Source: Bacteroidales bacterium (GTDB lineage: Bacteria > Bacteroidota > Bacteroidia > Bacteroidales > UBA7960). Taken from it: a stretch of 64,000 nt of DNA. A model generated the notes under the pieces. That model saw nothing but the letters and a program-made list of their open reading frames with translations, had not been told where the DNA came from and ran no database searches. Positions 1 through 11,283 of the stretch are shown here, one piece after another. The stretch is from positions 5,884 through 69,883 of the forward strand of contig PUKZ01000097.1 of assembly GCA_003550725.1 (NCBI GenBank). Reading direction: 5' to 3'. A program made the translations under genes and the position numbers. Position 1 is the first letter of the stretch. Each line of letters opens with the position of its first letter.

Positions 1-37
1 AGGGAAAAACATAAAAGCCGAAGAAGCCAATTCAGCT

Positions 38-1129
38 ATGCATGTGAGCGAGGGCATAGAACAGCCTGATTCTGTGAATCCGGAAGCTGTTAAATCTTTT
101 TTAAAAAAGAAACCCGGGCTTTTACCGCTTGAACAGTATGTTGATGGTATTCTTTCGGGAGATCGCATTATATTAAGTAAAGCAATAACTCTCGTTGAGA
201 GCTCTCTTCCTCAGCATTATGAACTTGCACAGAGGATTATAGAAAAATGCATGCCTCATTCCGGTAAATCTATTCGTGTGGGTGTTACAGGCATACCAGG
301 TGCAGGTAAAAGTACTTTTATTGAAGCTTTGGGGAAATATCTTACTGACCGGGGCTATAAAATTGCTGTTCTTGCTGTCGATCCTTCCAGTGAAATTTCC
401 AGGGGCTCAATTCTTGGTGATAAAACCCGTATGGAAAAGCTTTCTACAGACGATAATGCTTTTGTGAGACCATCGCCCACTGCCGGTACTTTGGGTGGTG
501 TTGCACGTAAAACCAGGGAAATAATTATTATGTGTGAGGCAGCAGGTTTTGACAGGGTATTTGTTGAAACAGTCGGTGTTGGACAGTCAGAAATAGCTGT
601 TCATTCAATGGTTGACTTCTTTTTGTTAATAATGCTTGCCGGTGCCGGCGATGAGCTGCAAGGCATTAAAAGGGGGGTCATAGAAATGTCTGATGGTATA
701 ATTATAAATAAAGCCGATGGCGACAACATTCAAAAAGCTAAAAATGCAAAAAACCAGTATCAAAAAGCCCTTAAACTATTTCCTAAAACAGCTTCAAATT
801 GGGTACCAAAAGTTTTGACCTGCTCTGCACTTCAAAAAACAGGAATAGATAAGGTTTGGAATATGATAATGGATCATAATAAGCTAATGAAAGAAACAGG
901 CCATTTCAGGCTAAAACGAAATCAACAAAAAATTGACAGAATGTATGAAACCATTAACCAAAGCCTTTCAAACTATTTTTATACTAATCCTAAAGTTGAA
1001 GGAAGAATTTATGATGTTGAAAGATCATTGCTAAGCAATAGATTTTCAGCATTTCAGGCAGCACAAAAATTGCTTAATTGCTATTTTGAAGATCTTGAAA
1101 AAACAAATACCAATGAAAATAGAAGTTAA
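38..1129 (+). CDS. meaB: Methylmalonyl-CoA mutase-associated GTPase MeaB (ArgK family); true start may lie upstream of the window
   Basis: GVTGIPGAGKST P-loop, AVDPSS, GSILGDKTRM, ETVGVGQSE, GDELQGIKRG, NKAD motifs; the frame is open back to base 2. Confidence 0.93.
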   Translation: MHVSEGIEQPDSVNPEAVKSFLKKKPGLLPLEQYVDGILSGDRIILSKAITLVESSLPQHYELAQRIIEKCMPHSGKSIRVGVTGIPGAGKSTFIEALGKYLTDRGYKIAVLAVDPSSEISRGSILGDKTRMEKLSTDDNAFVRPSPTAGTLGGVARKTREIIIMCEAAGFDRVFVETVGVGQSEIAVHSMVDFFLLIMLAGAGDELQGIKRGVIEMSDGIIINKADGDNIQKAKNAKNQYQKALKLFPKTASNWVPKVLTCSALQKTGIDKVWNMIMDHNKLMKETGHFRLKRNQQKIDRMYETINQSLSNYFYTNPKVEGRIYDVERSLLSNRFSAFQAAQKLLNCYFEDLEKTNTNENRS

Positions 1130-1201
1130 ACAATGATCGATGGGCTTTTTATGATCTTATATGCATATAGAAAAATTTGAATAACTCAACTTTAAAAAAA
1201 A

Positions 1202-1753
1202 TCACCGGCTAAGGTTGAACTTTTCAGGATGACGTGCTTTTTTATTTTTATAAAAACTTTCTATTTTTATAAAATCTTCTTCAAAGTTGCCTGATGGATA
1301 TATAACAGGACCAATGCCACCGTTTTTTTTCTCATAATCCATATAGCCCAGAATAATCGGAACCCCGGCTTTTAGAGCAATAAAATAAAACCCTTTTTTC
1401 CATTTGTGATTTAGCCTGCGAGTACCCTCCGGTGTAATTATTAAGTGTAAATTGTTTCTTTTCCTAAATAGATCGGTTGCATACTTGACAGCATTATAAC
1501 TTTTGTTGCGATCAACCGGTATTCCACCCATAGCCTTAAGAAAATATCCTAAAGGGAAATGAAAAGCCTCTTTTTTTATCAACAAAGAAGGCTTTATTTT
1601 TAAAGCTAATAAACCAAACCAGCCAATAATAAAATCCCAATTACTCGTGTGCGGAGCCATTATAATAACAGACTTTTTTATTTCTTTAGGCATATTACCA
1701 CAAATTCTCCAGCCTGTTAATCTTAGAACCAAATTTGCTATTAAACTCATCAA
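1202..1753 (-). CDS. 1-acyl-sn-glycerol-3-phosphate acyltransferase family (PlsC-like)
   Basis: APHTSNWD (HX4D) and TPEGTR motifs. Confidence 0.88.
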   Translation of the reverse strand: MMSLIANLVLRLTGWRICGNMPKEIKKSVIIMAPHTSNWDFIIGWFGLLALKIKPSLLIKKEAFHFPLGYFLKAMGGIPVDRNKSYNAVKYATDLFRKRNNLHLIITPEGTRRLNHKWKKGFYFIALKAGVPIILGYMDYEKKNGGIGPVIYPSGNFEEDFIKIESFYKNKKARHPEKFNLSR

Positions 1754-2058
1754 TATGTTTTTTTAACAAAGTTATAAAAAGGTACAAAATCAATTTGCAA
1801 TGGGCAAAAATACAGCTATAAAAATTTTACAACAAAAAATGATAATATTTATAACAATTTCAGTAGAAAATTATATATTCGCCCTTTGGTTTTTTTCTTC
1901 AATAAAATCTTGTATAATATGATCTATTACTTATTCAGCTTAGCTAATTTGTTATATATCAATATAAAACGAAGAGACCCTTACCTTTTCTAACCTCATT
2001 TATTTAACACATCTAAACTTTTTAATCAATAAATTAATATCATTATAATATAAGTATT

Positions 2059-3435
2059 ATGGAGTTACCTTATGCAGAACCATATAAAATAAAAGTAGTT
2101 GAATCAATTAGAAAAAGTACTCGCCGAGAGCGGGAGGACTGGATTAAAAAAGCCGGGTATAATTTATTCAGGTTACCCAGCGAGCAGGTATTTATAGATC
2201 TTTTGACCGATAGTGGCACAGGAGCGATGAGCGACAATCAATGGGCTGAAATAATGAGAGGCGATGAAAGTTATGCAGGGTCAAAATCATATTTTAAATT
2301 ACATGAAGTGATTAAGGATTTACTTGGGATGCCTTACTTTTTGCCTACTCACCAGGGTCGTGCAGCAGAAAATGTTTTATTTTCGGCACTGATAAAAAAG
2401 GATGATATTGTTCCGGGTAATTCGCACTTTGACACAACCAAAGGGCATATTGAGTTTCGCAATGCCAGTGCATTTGATTGTACTATTGATGAAGCTTTTG
2501 ATACTACCGGTATTCATCCGTTTAAGGGAAATATTGATTTGCAAAAACTGGAAGAGGTATTTAAAAAGTATCCCGAAGAAAAGATACCACTTTGTATTAT
2601 TACCGTTACATGTAATACTTCCGGTGGCCAACCCGTTTCTATGAAGAATATAAAAGAGGTATCTGCTCTTTGCAAAAAATATGGCATAAAATTAATCTTT
2701 GATGCTGCAAGGTTTGCTGAGAATGCTTATTTTATCAAAACCCGGGAAAAAGGTTATGAAAACAAGTCTATAGGTGAAATAGTAAAACAGATGTTTTCGT
2801 ATGTTGATGGTGCTACAATGAGCAGCAAAAAGGATGCTATAGTGAATATTGGTGGATTTATAGCATTACGTGATGAAGAATTGTTTAATAAAGCCAGTGT
2901 TTATAACATCATGTTTGAGGGATATCTCACTTATGGTGGCATGGCGGGCAGAGATATGGCAGCTTTGGCTGAAGGACTAATAGAAGGCACTGATTTCCAA
3001 TACCTTGAGTCACGGATAGGACAGGTTGAATATTTGGGGAAAAAGCTTAAGGAGTTTAATATACCAATTCAGGAACCTATAGGTGGTCATGCCGTGTTTG
3101 TTGATGCAAAACGGTTCATGCTAAATCTCCCCAGGGAACATTTTCAAGCCCAGACACTCGCAGTTGAACTATATAAAGAAGGTGGTGTAAGAGGTGTAGA
3201 AATAGGTACACTTTTAGCTGACCGTGATCCCATAACCAGGAAAAATCGCTATCCTGACCTTGAATTATTGCGACTGGCTATACCCAGAAGAGTGTATACC
3301 AATAATCACATGGATTATGTGGCAACATGCCTGGCAAACATTTATGAGAGACGAGGTGAATTAAAAACAGGATACAAAATAGTAAAAGAAGCCCCCATTA
3401 TGCGGCATTTTACAGTTGAGCTTGAAAAAGTTTAA
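2059..3435 (+). CDS. tnaA: Tryptophanase (beta-eliminating PLP lyase)
   Basis: IDLLTDSGT, HQGRAAE, PLP-lysine motif MSSKKD, RLAIPRR; FDTT and C-terminal RHFT favour tryptophanase over tyrosine phenol-lyase (FTTT / RFFT). Confidence 0.88.
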   Translation: MELPYAEPYKIKVVESIRKSTRREREDWIKKAGYNLFRLPSEQVFIDLLTDSGTGAMSDNQWAEIMRGDESYAGSKSYFKLHEVIKDLLGMPYFLPTHQGRAAENVLFSALIKKDDIVPGNSHFDTTKGHIEFRNASAFDCTIDEAFDTTGIHPFKGNIDLQKLEEVFKKYPEEKIPLCIITVTCNTSGGQPVSMKNIKEVSALCKKYGIKLIFDAARFAENAYFIKTREKGYENKSIGEIVKQMFSYVDGATMSSKKDAIVNIGGFIALRDEELFNKASVYNIMFEGYLTYGGMAGRDMAALAEGLIEGTDFQYLESRIGQVEYLGKKLKEFNIPIQEPIGGHAVFVDAKRFMLNLPREHFQAQTLAVELYKEGGVRGVEIGTLLADRDPITRKNRYPDLELLRLAIPRRVYTNNHMDYVATCLANIYERRGELKTGYKIVKEAPIMRHFTVELEKV

Positions 3436-3482
3436 TACATACATGCAAACATGTTTCAATAGCTTGAAAACAAACTGATCAG

Positions 3483-3500
3483 AACCTCGCCGGGTTTTTT
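3483..3500 (+). terminator. Weak rho-independent terminator after tnaA
   Basis: AACCT-cgcc-GGGTT stem followed by a T run. Confidence 0.35.
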
Positions 3501-3638
3501 GTTAAAGATTTTTTGAAATGATAATCCATAAGAGTATATTTGCTATACCTACAATAATGTTTGTATGTTTTTGACTTTATTGTATAAAGCTTTTTACCTT
3601 TTTCGGATCTTTATCTAATAATCTAAATAAGACATGTT

Positions 3639-4196
3639 TTGGAATTAATAGTTATACTTATTATTTCGATTGGCTTGTCAATGGATTGCTTTGGGGTTGC
3701 AATTATTAATGGTATGGCTCCTGATACATTGCGCCCGGGGACAAAGCTTAAAGTTGCTCTTTCATTTGCTATGGCACATTATATTATGATTTTTGCCGGA
3801 TTCTATTTAGGTGCTACCGTAGACTTTATTGTAAAAGATGTTGATCATTGGCTTGCCTTTATAATTATCAGCTTCATTGGTTTGAAAATGATTGTGGCTA
3901 GTATCAAGATAAATCCGATGACTAAAGCTTTTGATATTAATAATATAAAAGTGATTTTAGCATTATCGGTTGCAACTAGTATTGATGCCCTGATTGTAGG
4001 CGTCAGTATCTCATTTTTAAATTTTAGTGTCGGGTTATCTGCATTAATTTTAGCTGTTGTTGTTTTTCTTGTATCATTTGCAGGAATTAATACAGGGAAA
4101 AAATTCGGTTTTCGTTTTGGTAAGAGAGTAGGTATCATGGGAGGAGGACTTCTGATAGGTATAGCGGTTTTTAATCTTTTATCGTATCTGTTATAA
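3639..4196 (+). CDS. mntP: Manganese efflux pump MntP family
   Basis: GLSMDCFGV and ATSIDAL repeated motifs, about 6 TM segments; TTG start; TATATTTG promoter box at 3535-3542. Confidence 0.85.
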   Translation: MELIVILIISIGLSMDCFGVAIINGMAPDTLRPGTKLKVALSFAMAHYIMIFAGFYLGATVDFIVKDVDHWLAFIIISFIGLKMIVASIKINPMTKAFDINNIKVILALSVATSIDALIVGVSISFLNFSVGLSALILAVVVFLVSFAGINTGKKFGFRFGKRVGIMGGGLLIGIAVFNLLSYLL

Positions 4197-4208
4197 TACG
4201 CTTGATTT

Positions 4209-5225
4209 TCAGGCAATCATAAGGTTGCATCCACGCATTTCGCTATTATCAATTCTTCCCAATACTTCAAAAGTTGAATTTTTATTTTGTTTGCCTATAT
4301 CATTGGTAGCTATGAAGGAGCATGAAAAAACATTAGCCAGGTCAATCACGTTAATGGCACCAGTTTTTCCGGGTAAAACATAGGTAAAGGGATCATTTAT
4401 TTCTCTGAAAAAAACTTTCATCCATGGGGGTGTTTTAAATTTTCCGCTTTTTAGGGCATAAGCCTGTGACAATAATTCGGTCATACCGTATTCTGAAGTA
4501 ATTTCAGAAATGCCAAAGGCTTTTTTAAGTTTACCATGCAGTTCTTTGCGTATTATCTCTTTTCTTTGCCCTTTCATTCCACCTGTTTCAACAATTATCA
4601 CATTATTCAGTTTCAATGGATAACTTTCAGCAAAATCAAGTAATGCATGACTTACGCCTATTAACAGCACTTTGTTTCCTGCAGCCATTAACTCTTCAAG
4701 TATTTTTTTTAGTTTGTTATGCTCGTAAAGAAAGAATCCGTTTTTTTTATGACCACTCCATTCCATTAATTTTTTAACCATATATATTAAAGAGGCATTA
4801 CTTCTTTCAAGATATCCCGGCAATAATGCCAGAATGCAATATTCTGAAGGGTCTTTAAAAAACATTTTAAAACACCTTATTATGCTTTCTTTATAAAGCC
4901 TTGCATAAGCAACTATATGCTTTGAAGGTACCGACTCGCTCGTTGCACTGCTATAAAAACGTAATTCTGCCTTTCCGGGAATGCATGTTACAGAATGATG
5001 ACGAAAAAAATCAACCGGCATAAAAGGAATTTCTTCGGGTTTATTAACATTTTCGGGAGTTCGCTGCAAAATATCACAAAACCTTTTATAAATATAGCAG
5101 TTATGATATTGATAATTATAAACAGCAAGCGACATTTTTTTAAAACTATTGTTATCATCAATACTGAATATGCTATCAATAAGTGTTGTTCTATCCATTC
5201 CTTGTATTTGCAGAGTCATGATCAA
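4209..5225 (-). CDS. LuxE-like acyl-protein synthetase / acyltransferase (Bacteroidota type); start may be at 5198
   Basis: SSATS loop, ETGGMKG, SEYGMTELLSQAY, DLAN..SCSFIAT.D.G, GRID..E.RGCN. Confidence 0.8.
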   Translation of the reverse strand: MIMTLQIQGMDRTTLIDSIFSIDDNNSFKKMSLAVYNYQYHNCYIYKRFCDILQRTPENVNKPEEIPFMPVDFFRHHSVTCIPGKAELRFYSSATSESVPSKHIVAYARLYKESIIRCFKMFFKDPSEYCILALLPGYLERSNASLIYMVKKLMEWSGHKKNGFFLYEHNKLKKILEELMAAGNKVLLIGVSHALLDFAESYPLKLNNVIIVETGGMKGQRKEIIRKELHGKLKKAFGISEITSEYGMTELLSQAYALKSGKFKTPPWMKVFFREINDPFTYVLPGKTGAINVIDLANVFSCSFIATNDIGKQNKNSTFEVLGRIDNSEMRGCNLMIA

Positions 5226-5401
5226 ATATTATTGGTTTTGACAATTACCAAGCTTTTTGTTTTATGTTAAATAAATATTTTTTATACAACTGATTTGTTA
5301 ACTTTTTTTAAAATATTTATTATATATTTATGGTTCTTTTATTTTGGCTCAATACTTTTTATTTATTATTTCTTAATTTTTAACATAAACAGCTTATTAT
5401 C

Positions 5402-5704
5402 ATGATTAAAATTATTCACAAAGTTATTAAATCCATTTTAATCTGTTTGTTTGTATTGCCAACATGTTTTTATAGTGTTGCAAACACAGATTACCGGTTC
5501 AAAACCGTTGCAGGTGATCCGATCGAGACTCATATTTATGAGCTTGAAAACGGTTTAAAAGTTTATTTAACTGTAAATGACCTGGAGCCTCGTATCCAAA
5601 CAGCAATTGCTGTTCGCATGGGTAGTAAACATGACCCGAAGGATGACACAGGCTCAGAAAATACTTACAGGCAGTTCAAGCGTTTATACAAAAAAGGATT
5701 ATAG
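5402..5704 (+). pseudogene. Truncated M16 (insulinase-family) zinc peptidase N-terminal fragment
   Basis: Signal peptide, LENGLKVYL, PRIQTAIAVRMGSKHDP..TG, then divergence and a stop just where the LAHxxEH zinc motif should follow. Confidence 0.75.
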
Positions 5705-5847
5705 TAAACATTTCTTATATGAAGTCCTTATACTTTAAAGCATAACTCCCAGATAATTAACAACTTAATCTGAAAATATTCGTAAAAAATCATTTAAATA
5801 GTTTGTAAGGTTTTATTAACTTAGCAAAATAATAGAATCCTTATGCT

Positions 5848-6873
5848 ATGAATAAAAACCTTGATCCGAAAGCACAAAACCTGACTTTTGAAGAAAAAGA
5901 GTTTGAGAAATCTTTACGACCTGATACATTTTCAAGTTTTACAGGCCAGAAACAGGTTGTTGATAATCTTCGTGTATTTGTAAAGGCTGCTTGTCAGCGT
6001 AGTGAGGCTCTTGATCATGTTTTGTTGCATGGTCCTCCCGGTTTGGGTAAAACCACACTTGCACATATTATTGCAAAAGAAATGGGTGTTGGTATAAAAC
6101 TTACATCAGGGCCGGTTCTTGATAAACCCGGTGATCTTGCAGGTTTGCTTACAAACCTGGAAAATAACGATGTGATTTTCATAGATGAAATACACCGGCT
6201 GAGTCCGGTTATTGAAGAATATCTTTACTCTGCAATGGAAGACTATCGCATAGATATAATGATTGAAAGCGGGCCAAATGCAAAAAGTGTTCAGATAAAA
6301 TTAAACCCATTTACATTGATTGGTGCCACAACAAGATCAGGTTTGTTAACATCTCCTCTCAGGGCGAGGTTCGGTATAACATCAAGATTAAATTATTACA
6401 ACTCTACACTATTAAAAAAAATAATTCTCAGGTCAGCATCCATATTAAAAGTTAAAATAAGTCATGAAGCTGCTGAAGAAATATCAAAGCGAAGTCGCGG
6501 CACACCAAGAATAGCTAATGCTCTTCTTAGAAGGGTTCGTGATTTTGCCCAGGTAGAAAGTGATGGCAACATTGACCTTGAAATATCATTATATGCATTA
6601 AATGCCCTAAATGTTGATAAGCATGGCCTTGACGAAATGGATAATAAGATACTAAAAACCATTATAGAGAAATTTAAAGGAGGGCCCGTTGGTTTAAATA
6701 CTATAGCTACAGCTGTTAGCGAAGATCCGGGGACAATAGAAGAGGTTTATGAACCATTTCTTATACAGGAGGGATACATGCAAAGAACGCCGAGAGGCAG
6801 GGAAGCAACCGAAAGTGGTTATAATCACCTTGGAAAAATAAAACATAGTTCACAAAGCTCTTTATTCGACTGA
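5848..6873 (+). CDS. ruvB: Holliday junction branch migration helicase RuvB
   Basis: [48 protein letters not shown]. Confidence 0.98.
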   Translation: MNKNLDPKAQNLTFEEKEFEKSLRPDTFSSFTGQKQVVDNLRVFVKAACQRSEALDHVLLHGPPGLGKTTLAHIIAKEMGVGIKLTSGPVLDKPGDLAGLLTNLENNDVIFIDEIHRLSPVIEEYLYSAMEDYRIDIMIESGPNAKSVQIKLNPFTLIGATTRSGLLTSPLRARFGITSRLNYYNSTLLKKIILRSASILKVKISHEAAEEISKRSRGTPRIANALLRRVRDFAQVESDGNIDLEISLYALNALNVDKHGLDEMDNKILKTIIEKFKGGPVGLNTIATAVSEDPGTIEEVYEPFLIQEGYMQRTPRGREATESGYNHLGKIKHSSQSSLFD

Positions 6874-6893
6874 TCTTTGAGGATATAACCTAT

Positions 6894-7862
6894 ATGCAAA
6901 CTCAAACTTCAAATCAAAAGATTATTAATTCGAAAAAAATCAAAAAGGCTGCAATTGCATCCGGATTTGATTTTTGTGGAATAGCCCGGGCCAAAAAGCT
7001 GGAAAACGAAAAACTTTACTATGAAAAATGGCTGTCAATGGGGTGTCAGGGTAAAATGAACTATCTTGAAAAAAATTTGACGCTTCGCTTTGATCCTTCT
7101 TTATTTTTTGAAAATGCAAAATCGGTAATCTCATTAGCTATCAACTATTTGCCGGCAAAAAATCAAAATCCTGATTGCCGGTATAAAATATCCAAATATG
7201 CTTATGGAAAAGATTATCACCCGATATTGAAAAACAAGTTAGCTGATCTGCTACAAAGTATTAGAAATGAAATTGGCAAAATAAATGGGCGTGGTTTTGT
7301 TGACTCAGCTCCTGTAATGGAAAAAACCTGGGCACAAAAAGCAGGATTGGGATGGACAGGAAAAAATGGTTGTTTTATTATACCACGCTTTGGAAGTTAC
7401 TTTTTTTTATGCGAATTAATAGTTGATATTGAGCTTAAGTATGATGAAGTCTTCGAAAAGAATTATTGCGGCAATTGCACCAAATGTATTGACGTTTGTC
7501 CAACCGGAGCTATTAATAAAGAAGGATTTGTAGATGCAAAAAAATGTATATCATACCTTACCATTGAAATGAAAGATCATATCGACAAAAAATCAAATTT
7601 GCCAAAATACGAAAATTGGATTTTTGGTTGTGATATGTGTCAGGATATTTGCCCCTGGAATCGGTTTGCAAAGGCTGAAAATAATAATGTTTTTATGTTA
7701 AATGAAACTGTTCTGGGTTTTGACGATCAAGATTGGGAAAATCTTGACAAAGAAAATTACTTGATTTATATAAAAAAATCAGGCTCACCAATATCAAGAA
7801 TTAAATATGATAAGTTGAAAAGTAATATAGAGTTCGTTAGGCAGTTAAAATCAAAAAAATGA
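6894..7862 (+). CDS. queG: Epoxyqueuosine reductase QueG
   Basis: YAYGKDYH, VDSAPVMEK, GLGWTGKN, CGNCTKCIDVCP, CISYLTIE, GCDMCQDICPWN. Confidence 0.95.
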   Translation: MQTQTSNQKIINSKKIKKAAIASGFDFCGIARAKKLENEKLYYEKWLSMGCQGKMNYLEKNLTLRFDPSLFFENAKSVISLAINYLPAKNQNPDCRYKISKYAYGKDYHPILKNKLADLLQSIRNEIGKINGRGFVDSAPVMEKTWAQKAGLGWTGKNGCFIIPRFGSYFFLCELIVDIELKYDEVFEKNYCGNCTKCIDVCPTGAINKEGFVDAKKCISYLTIEMKDHIDKKSNLPKYENWIFGCDMCQDICPWNRFAKAENNNVFMLNETVLGFDDQDWENLDKENYLIYIKKSGSPISRIKYDKLKSNIEFVRQLKSKK

Positions 7863-7992
7863 TTAAAAAATCAAGATTGTAATTTGCGATTTAAACAGGA
7901 TTAAACAAATAAACCTATATAGATGGTTATTTCAAAGATCATCATATTAAACAAACCAAATTTTAAATTTTTAATTCTTTAGTTAAATTTTA

Positions 7993-8670
7993 ATGGCCCG
8001 TTTTGTAATCAGTGATATACATGGTGCATACAAGGCACTTTTGCAATGTTTTGAACGATCAGGTTTTGATCCTGATAAAGATTTGTTGATATGTTTGGGT
8101 GATGTTTGTGATGGTTATGAGGAAGTTAAAAGTTGTTTTGATGAGTTGTTGAGTGTAAAAAACCTGATTTATATCATTGGTAACCATGACTTATGGTGCT
8201 ATAAATGGGCAAAATACGGTGAAAAACCATTTATATGGCTTGAGCAGGGAGGATATGCAACTCTTAAAAGTTATCACGGAGCTTTTGACAAAAATCACCT
8301 CGAATTGCTTGAAAACTCAAAATATTACCACATCATTGACAATATGATGTTTGTTCATGGTGGTTTTGATATTAACACAACACTTGATAAACATAGTAAT
8401 GATATATTTATATGGGATCGCCGCCTTGTTTTTGAGGCTTATTCAGAACATAAAAATAAAGAAAAAATTTCAGCCTATGATAAGGTTTTTGTTGGTCACA
8501 CACCTACTATTAAATTTAATCACTTTTGTCCTGTTAAATTTTGTGAAGTTACACTTACAGACACAGGTGCCGGATGGGGACAAAAACTAAGCATTATAAA
8601 TATTGATAGCGGTCAATTTTTTCAAAGTGACCCGACAGCAAAAATATACCAAAACATGCCGGGAAGATAA
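7993..8670 (+). CDS. Calcineurin-like metallophosphoesterase (Ser/Thr phosphatase family)
   Basis: SDIHG, LGDVCD, GNHD, FVHGG, VGHT, DTG motifs. Confidence 0.88.
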   Translation: MARFVISDIHGAYKALLQCFERSGFDPDKDLLICLGDVCDGYEEVKSCFDELLSVKNLIYIIGNHDLWCYKWAKYGEKPFIWLEQGGYATLKSYHGAFDKNHLELLENSKYYHIIDNMMFVHGGFDINTTLDKHSNDIFIWDRRLVFEAYSEHKNKEKISAYDKVFVGHTPTIKFNHFCPVKFCEVTLTDTGAGWGQKLSIINIDSGQFFQSDPTAKIYQNMPGR

Positions 8671-8739
8671 AAAAATATGAATGTCTGTAATTAATATAAT
8701 GAAGCAATTTTATCGGGTTTAAGTGCTTTTGTGAGTCGC

Positions 8740-9348
8740 TTATTTTAATTTCAATTCATTAATAAGTAAACGTGGAATACGTTTTTTTCGCTCGCGAATA
8801 AAAGTTTTGAAATCATTCTCAGATAAAGAAGCTTTGTCTTTTATAAGCAGTTTGATGGCAAAGGGAAAAGTTATCAGCGATAACATATCTACAAAAAAAT
8901 GAGTGGTATTTGTTTTACGGATATTTCCCTTCTTCGCTTCATCAATGAGTTGCTGAGTAAATTTTTCAGTACTGTATAAATAGCTTATGGCTTCTAATTT
9001 AATGATCTTGTCAGAACTTCGATGAAGTATAACCAATACAAAAGAAACAAGCAAAGGGTTTTTGAGCAATATATCAATATATGCAGCAACGTATTTCTCA
9101 ATCTTTTCTTCAAGACTAATATCAGAATCAAGTATCGCTATAAGTTTTTTTGAGTTTTTTTTCATTAGCCTTGAAAAAATTGTGATAAATAAATTTTCCT
9201 TACTCCGAAAATAATAATTCAGTAGAGCCAGATTTATATTAGCTTTGTTTGCAATATCCCTTACACTTGTGCGATCAACACCCTTCTTAAGAAAAAGCTC
9301 GGTAGCGGCATTAAGTATCTTTTGTTCAGTATTTTTGCCTTTTGTCAT
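8740..9348 (-). CDS. TetR/AcrR family transcriptional regulator
   Basis: N-terminal HTH: ILNAATELFLKKG..TSVRDIA..ANIN.ALLNYYFRSKENLF. Confidence 0.92.
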   Translation of the reverse strand: MTKGKNTEQKILNAATELFLKKGVDRTSVRDIANKANINLALLNYYFRSKENLFITIFSRLMKKNSKKLIAILDSDISLEEKIEKYVAAYIDILLKNPLLVSFVLVILHRSSDKIIKLEAISYLYSTEKFTQQLIDEAKKGNIRKTNTTHFFVDMLSLITFPFAIKLLIKDKASLSENDFKTFIRERKKRIPRLLINELKLK

Positions 9349-9607
9349 CAGGATTTGTTTTATTATTTAAACAAAATCAAATTACTATCAAAAATACAAA
9401 AACATTTTTGTTTAAAACACAGTTTTATACATTGTTATAAATAATTTAATTAAAGTTTATAATCATTCATTTTTTTCTTTTTCTGTAATAACTGATATTA
9501 AAAGAAAAAACTATTGTTAAACTTTTAACCCAACCGTACACTAATGTGTCTTTATATTAATATATTGAATCAAAAAACTATTAAGCCGGTTTTTTGATTA
9601 AAATCCG

Positions 9608-9615
9608 TATTTTTG
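9608..9615 (+). promoter_or_regulatory. Bacteroidota sigma-70 -7 box upstream of lnt
   Basis: TATTTTTG matches TAnnTTTG, 21 nt before the ATG. Confidence 0.5.
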
Positions 9616-9636
9616 TGTCACAATAAATAACTTATT

Positions 9637-11283
9637 ATGTTTACGACTAATTTATTAAACAACTTTTCCAATCGCCGTTTTTTGATATTATCAATTCTTG
9701 CCGGAGTTTTGCTGACATTAAGCTGGCCCGAACGAGGATTTCCGTTTATTATATTTTTCGCATTTGTACCATTATTGATAATGGAAGAAACCGTTCTAAA
9801 CAATAAGAAAAATGTTTCACCTTTTAAGCTTTTACTTTTCTTATGGGTTGCTTTTATTATCTGGAATGGTTTAACGACATACTGGATAGTTTTTGCGACA
9901 GTTACAGGTGCCTTACTGGCAGTTTTTATTAACTCTTTTTTTATGTCTTTACCATTGTTTTTAAGTCACCTGATAAGGCGAAAATTACGCGGCCAAAATA
10001 GTTTAGTTTCATTTATTGTTTTGTGGCTGACATTTGAATTTCTTCATATGAATTGGGAGTTGAGTTGGAGCTGGTTGAATTTGGGCAATGCATTTGCCCG
10101 ATACCCTCAGTGGATTCAGTGGTATGATATTACGGGTGCATTGGGAGGTACATTGTGGATTTTAATAATAAATTTATTAATATACTCAGTTATTAAATCT
10201 CATAGAGTATATGAATTTAAGCCTCGTTTTAGAAAAATTTTAATTTCAGCAGCCATACTGTTCTTTGTTATACCTTCTGTTGTTTCATTTATAAAATATT
10301 ACACTTACAATGAAAAGCATGATCCGGTTGAAGTTACTATAGTTCAGCCAAATTTTGATCCTTATGAAAGGCCGCAAACTTATGATCAGATTACTGGAAG
10401 GATGGATTTGATGCTTAACTTAGCAAAAAAACATACTACTTCAGAAACACGATTTGTTGTTTTTCCTGAAGGGGTTTTGCCCGAAGGAATCAATATTGAT
10501 CAACTGGAAAATCATGTTTCTATACGTAAAATAAACAATTTTTTAACGGAATATGATTCTCTTTACCTCATAACCGGTTTTATGGCTCATGAGTTTTACG
10601 GACGAGACAGGGATGCTTCGCCCACTGCCCGGCCATACAGGGGCACATCAGAGTATTATGATGTTTTTAATGCTGCACTTATGACTTCAGGAGATGGTGT
10701 ATACCAGTTTTATTCAAAGTCAAAACTTGTGCCCGGCGTTGAGCGAATGCCTTATTTTTGGATATTTAAACCGCTAGAAGGCCTTATAACTAAACTGGGA
10801 GGTATACCGGGAAGTATGGGAACATGGGAAAATCAAACTCCTTTTCATACAGCCGACTCAACAAATGTTGCAGTTCCTATTTGCTACGAATCAATTTATG
10901 GCGAGTATATAAATAAGAGCATTTTACAAAACTCTGAATTTATTATTATTATTACCAATGATGGCTGGTGGCGTGATACTCCCGGGTATCGCCAGCACAA
11001 TCAGTATGCGCGTATCAGGGCTGTCGAAACACGCAGATCAATTGCCCGGGCTGCAAGTACAGGTATATCATCTTTTATTAATCAAAGAGGTAATTTGATT
11101 GAAGTATCATCATGGGATGAAACTGCTGTATTGCGAAACAGCCTGAATAAGAATGATAAATTAACCTTTTATACCAGATATGGAGATTATTTGGGAAGAT
11201 TTGCCACTTTTATTTCAGCACTCATGATATTATATATGTTGGTGCAACATACTCTTTCCAAAAAGAAGAACTATTTGGCATAA
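9637..11283 (+). CDS. lnt: Apolipoprotein N-acyltransferase
   Basis: Multiple TM helices, nitrilase triad motifs FPE, K.KLVPGVE, ICYES, TNDGWW, RAVETRR. Confidence 0.93.
   Translation: MFTTNLLNNFSNRRFLILSILAGVLLTLSWPERGFPFIIFFAFVPLLIMEETVLNNKKNVSPFKLLLFLWVAFIIWNGLTTYWIVFATVTGALLAVFINSFFMSLPLFLSHLIRRKLRGQNSLVSFIVLWLTFEFLHMNWELSWSWLNLGNAFARYPQWIQWYDITGALGGTLWILIINLLIYSVIKSHRVYEFKPRFRKILISAAILFFVIPSVVSFIKYYTYNEKHDPVEVTIVQPNFDPYERPQTYDQITGRMDLMLNLAKKHTTSETRFVVFPEGVLPEGINIDQLENHVSIRKINNFLTEYDSLYLITGFMAHEFYGRDRDASPTARPYRGTSEYYDVFNAALMTSGDGVYQFYSKSKLVPGVERMPYFWIFKPLEGLITKLGGIPGSMGTWENQTPFHTADSTNVAVPICYESIYGEYINKSILQNSEFIIIITNDGWWRDTPGYRQHNQYARIRAVETRRSIARAASTGISSFINQRGNLIEVSSWDETAVLRNSLNKNDKLTFYTRYGDYLGRFATFISALMILYMLVQHTLSKKKNYLA

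Noticed and set aside
1919-1993. 24-codon ORF upstream of tnaA as a TnaC-like leader peptide (MIYYLFSLANLLYINIKRRDPYLF)
   Set aside because: No Trp and no terminal Pro, the key TnaC features; likely a chance ORF in AT-rich DNA.
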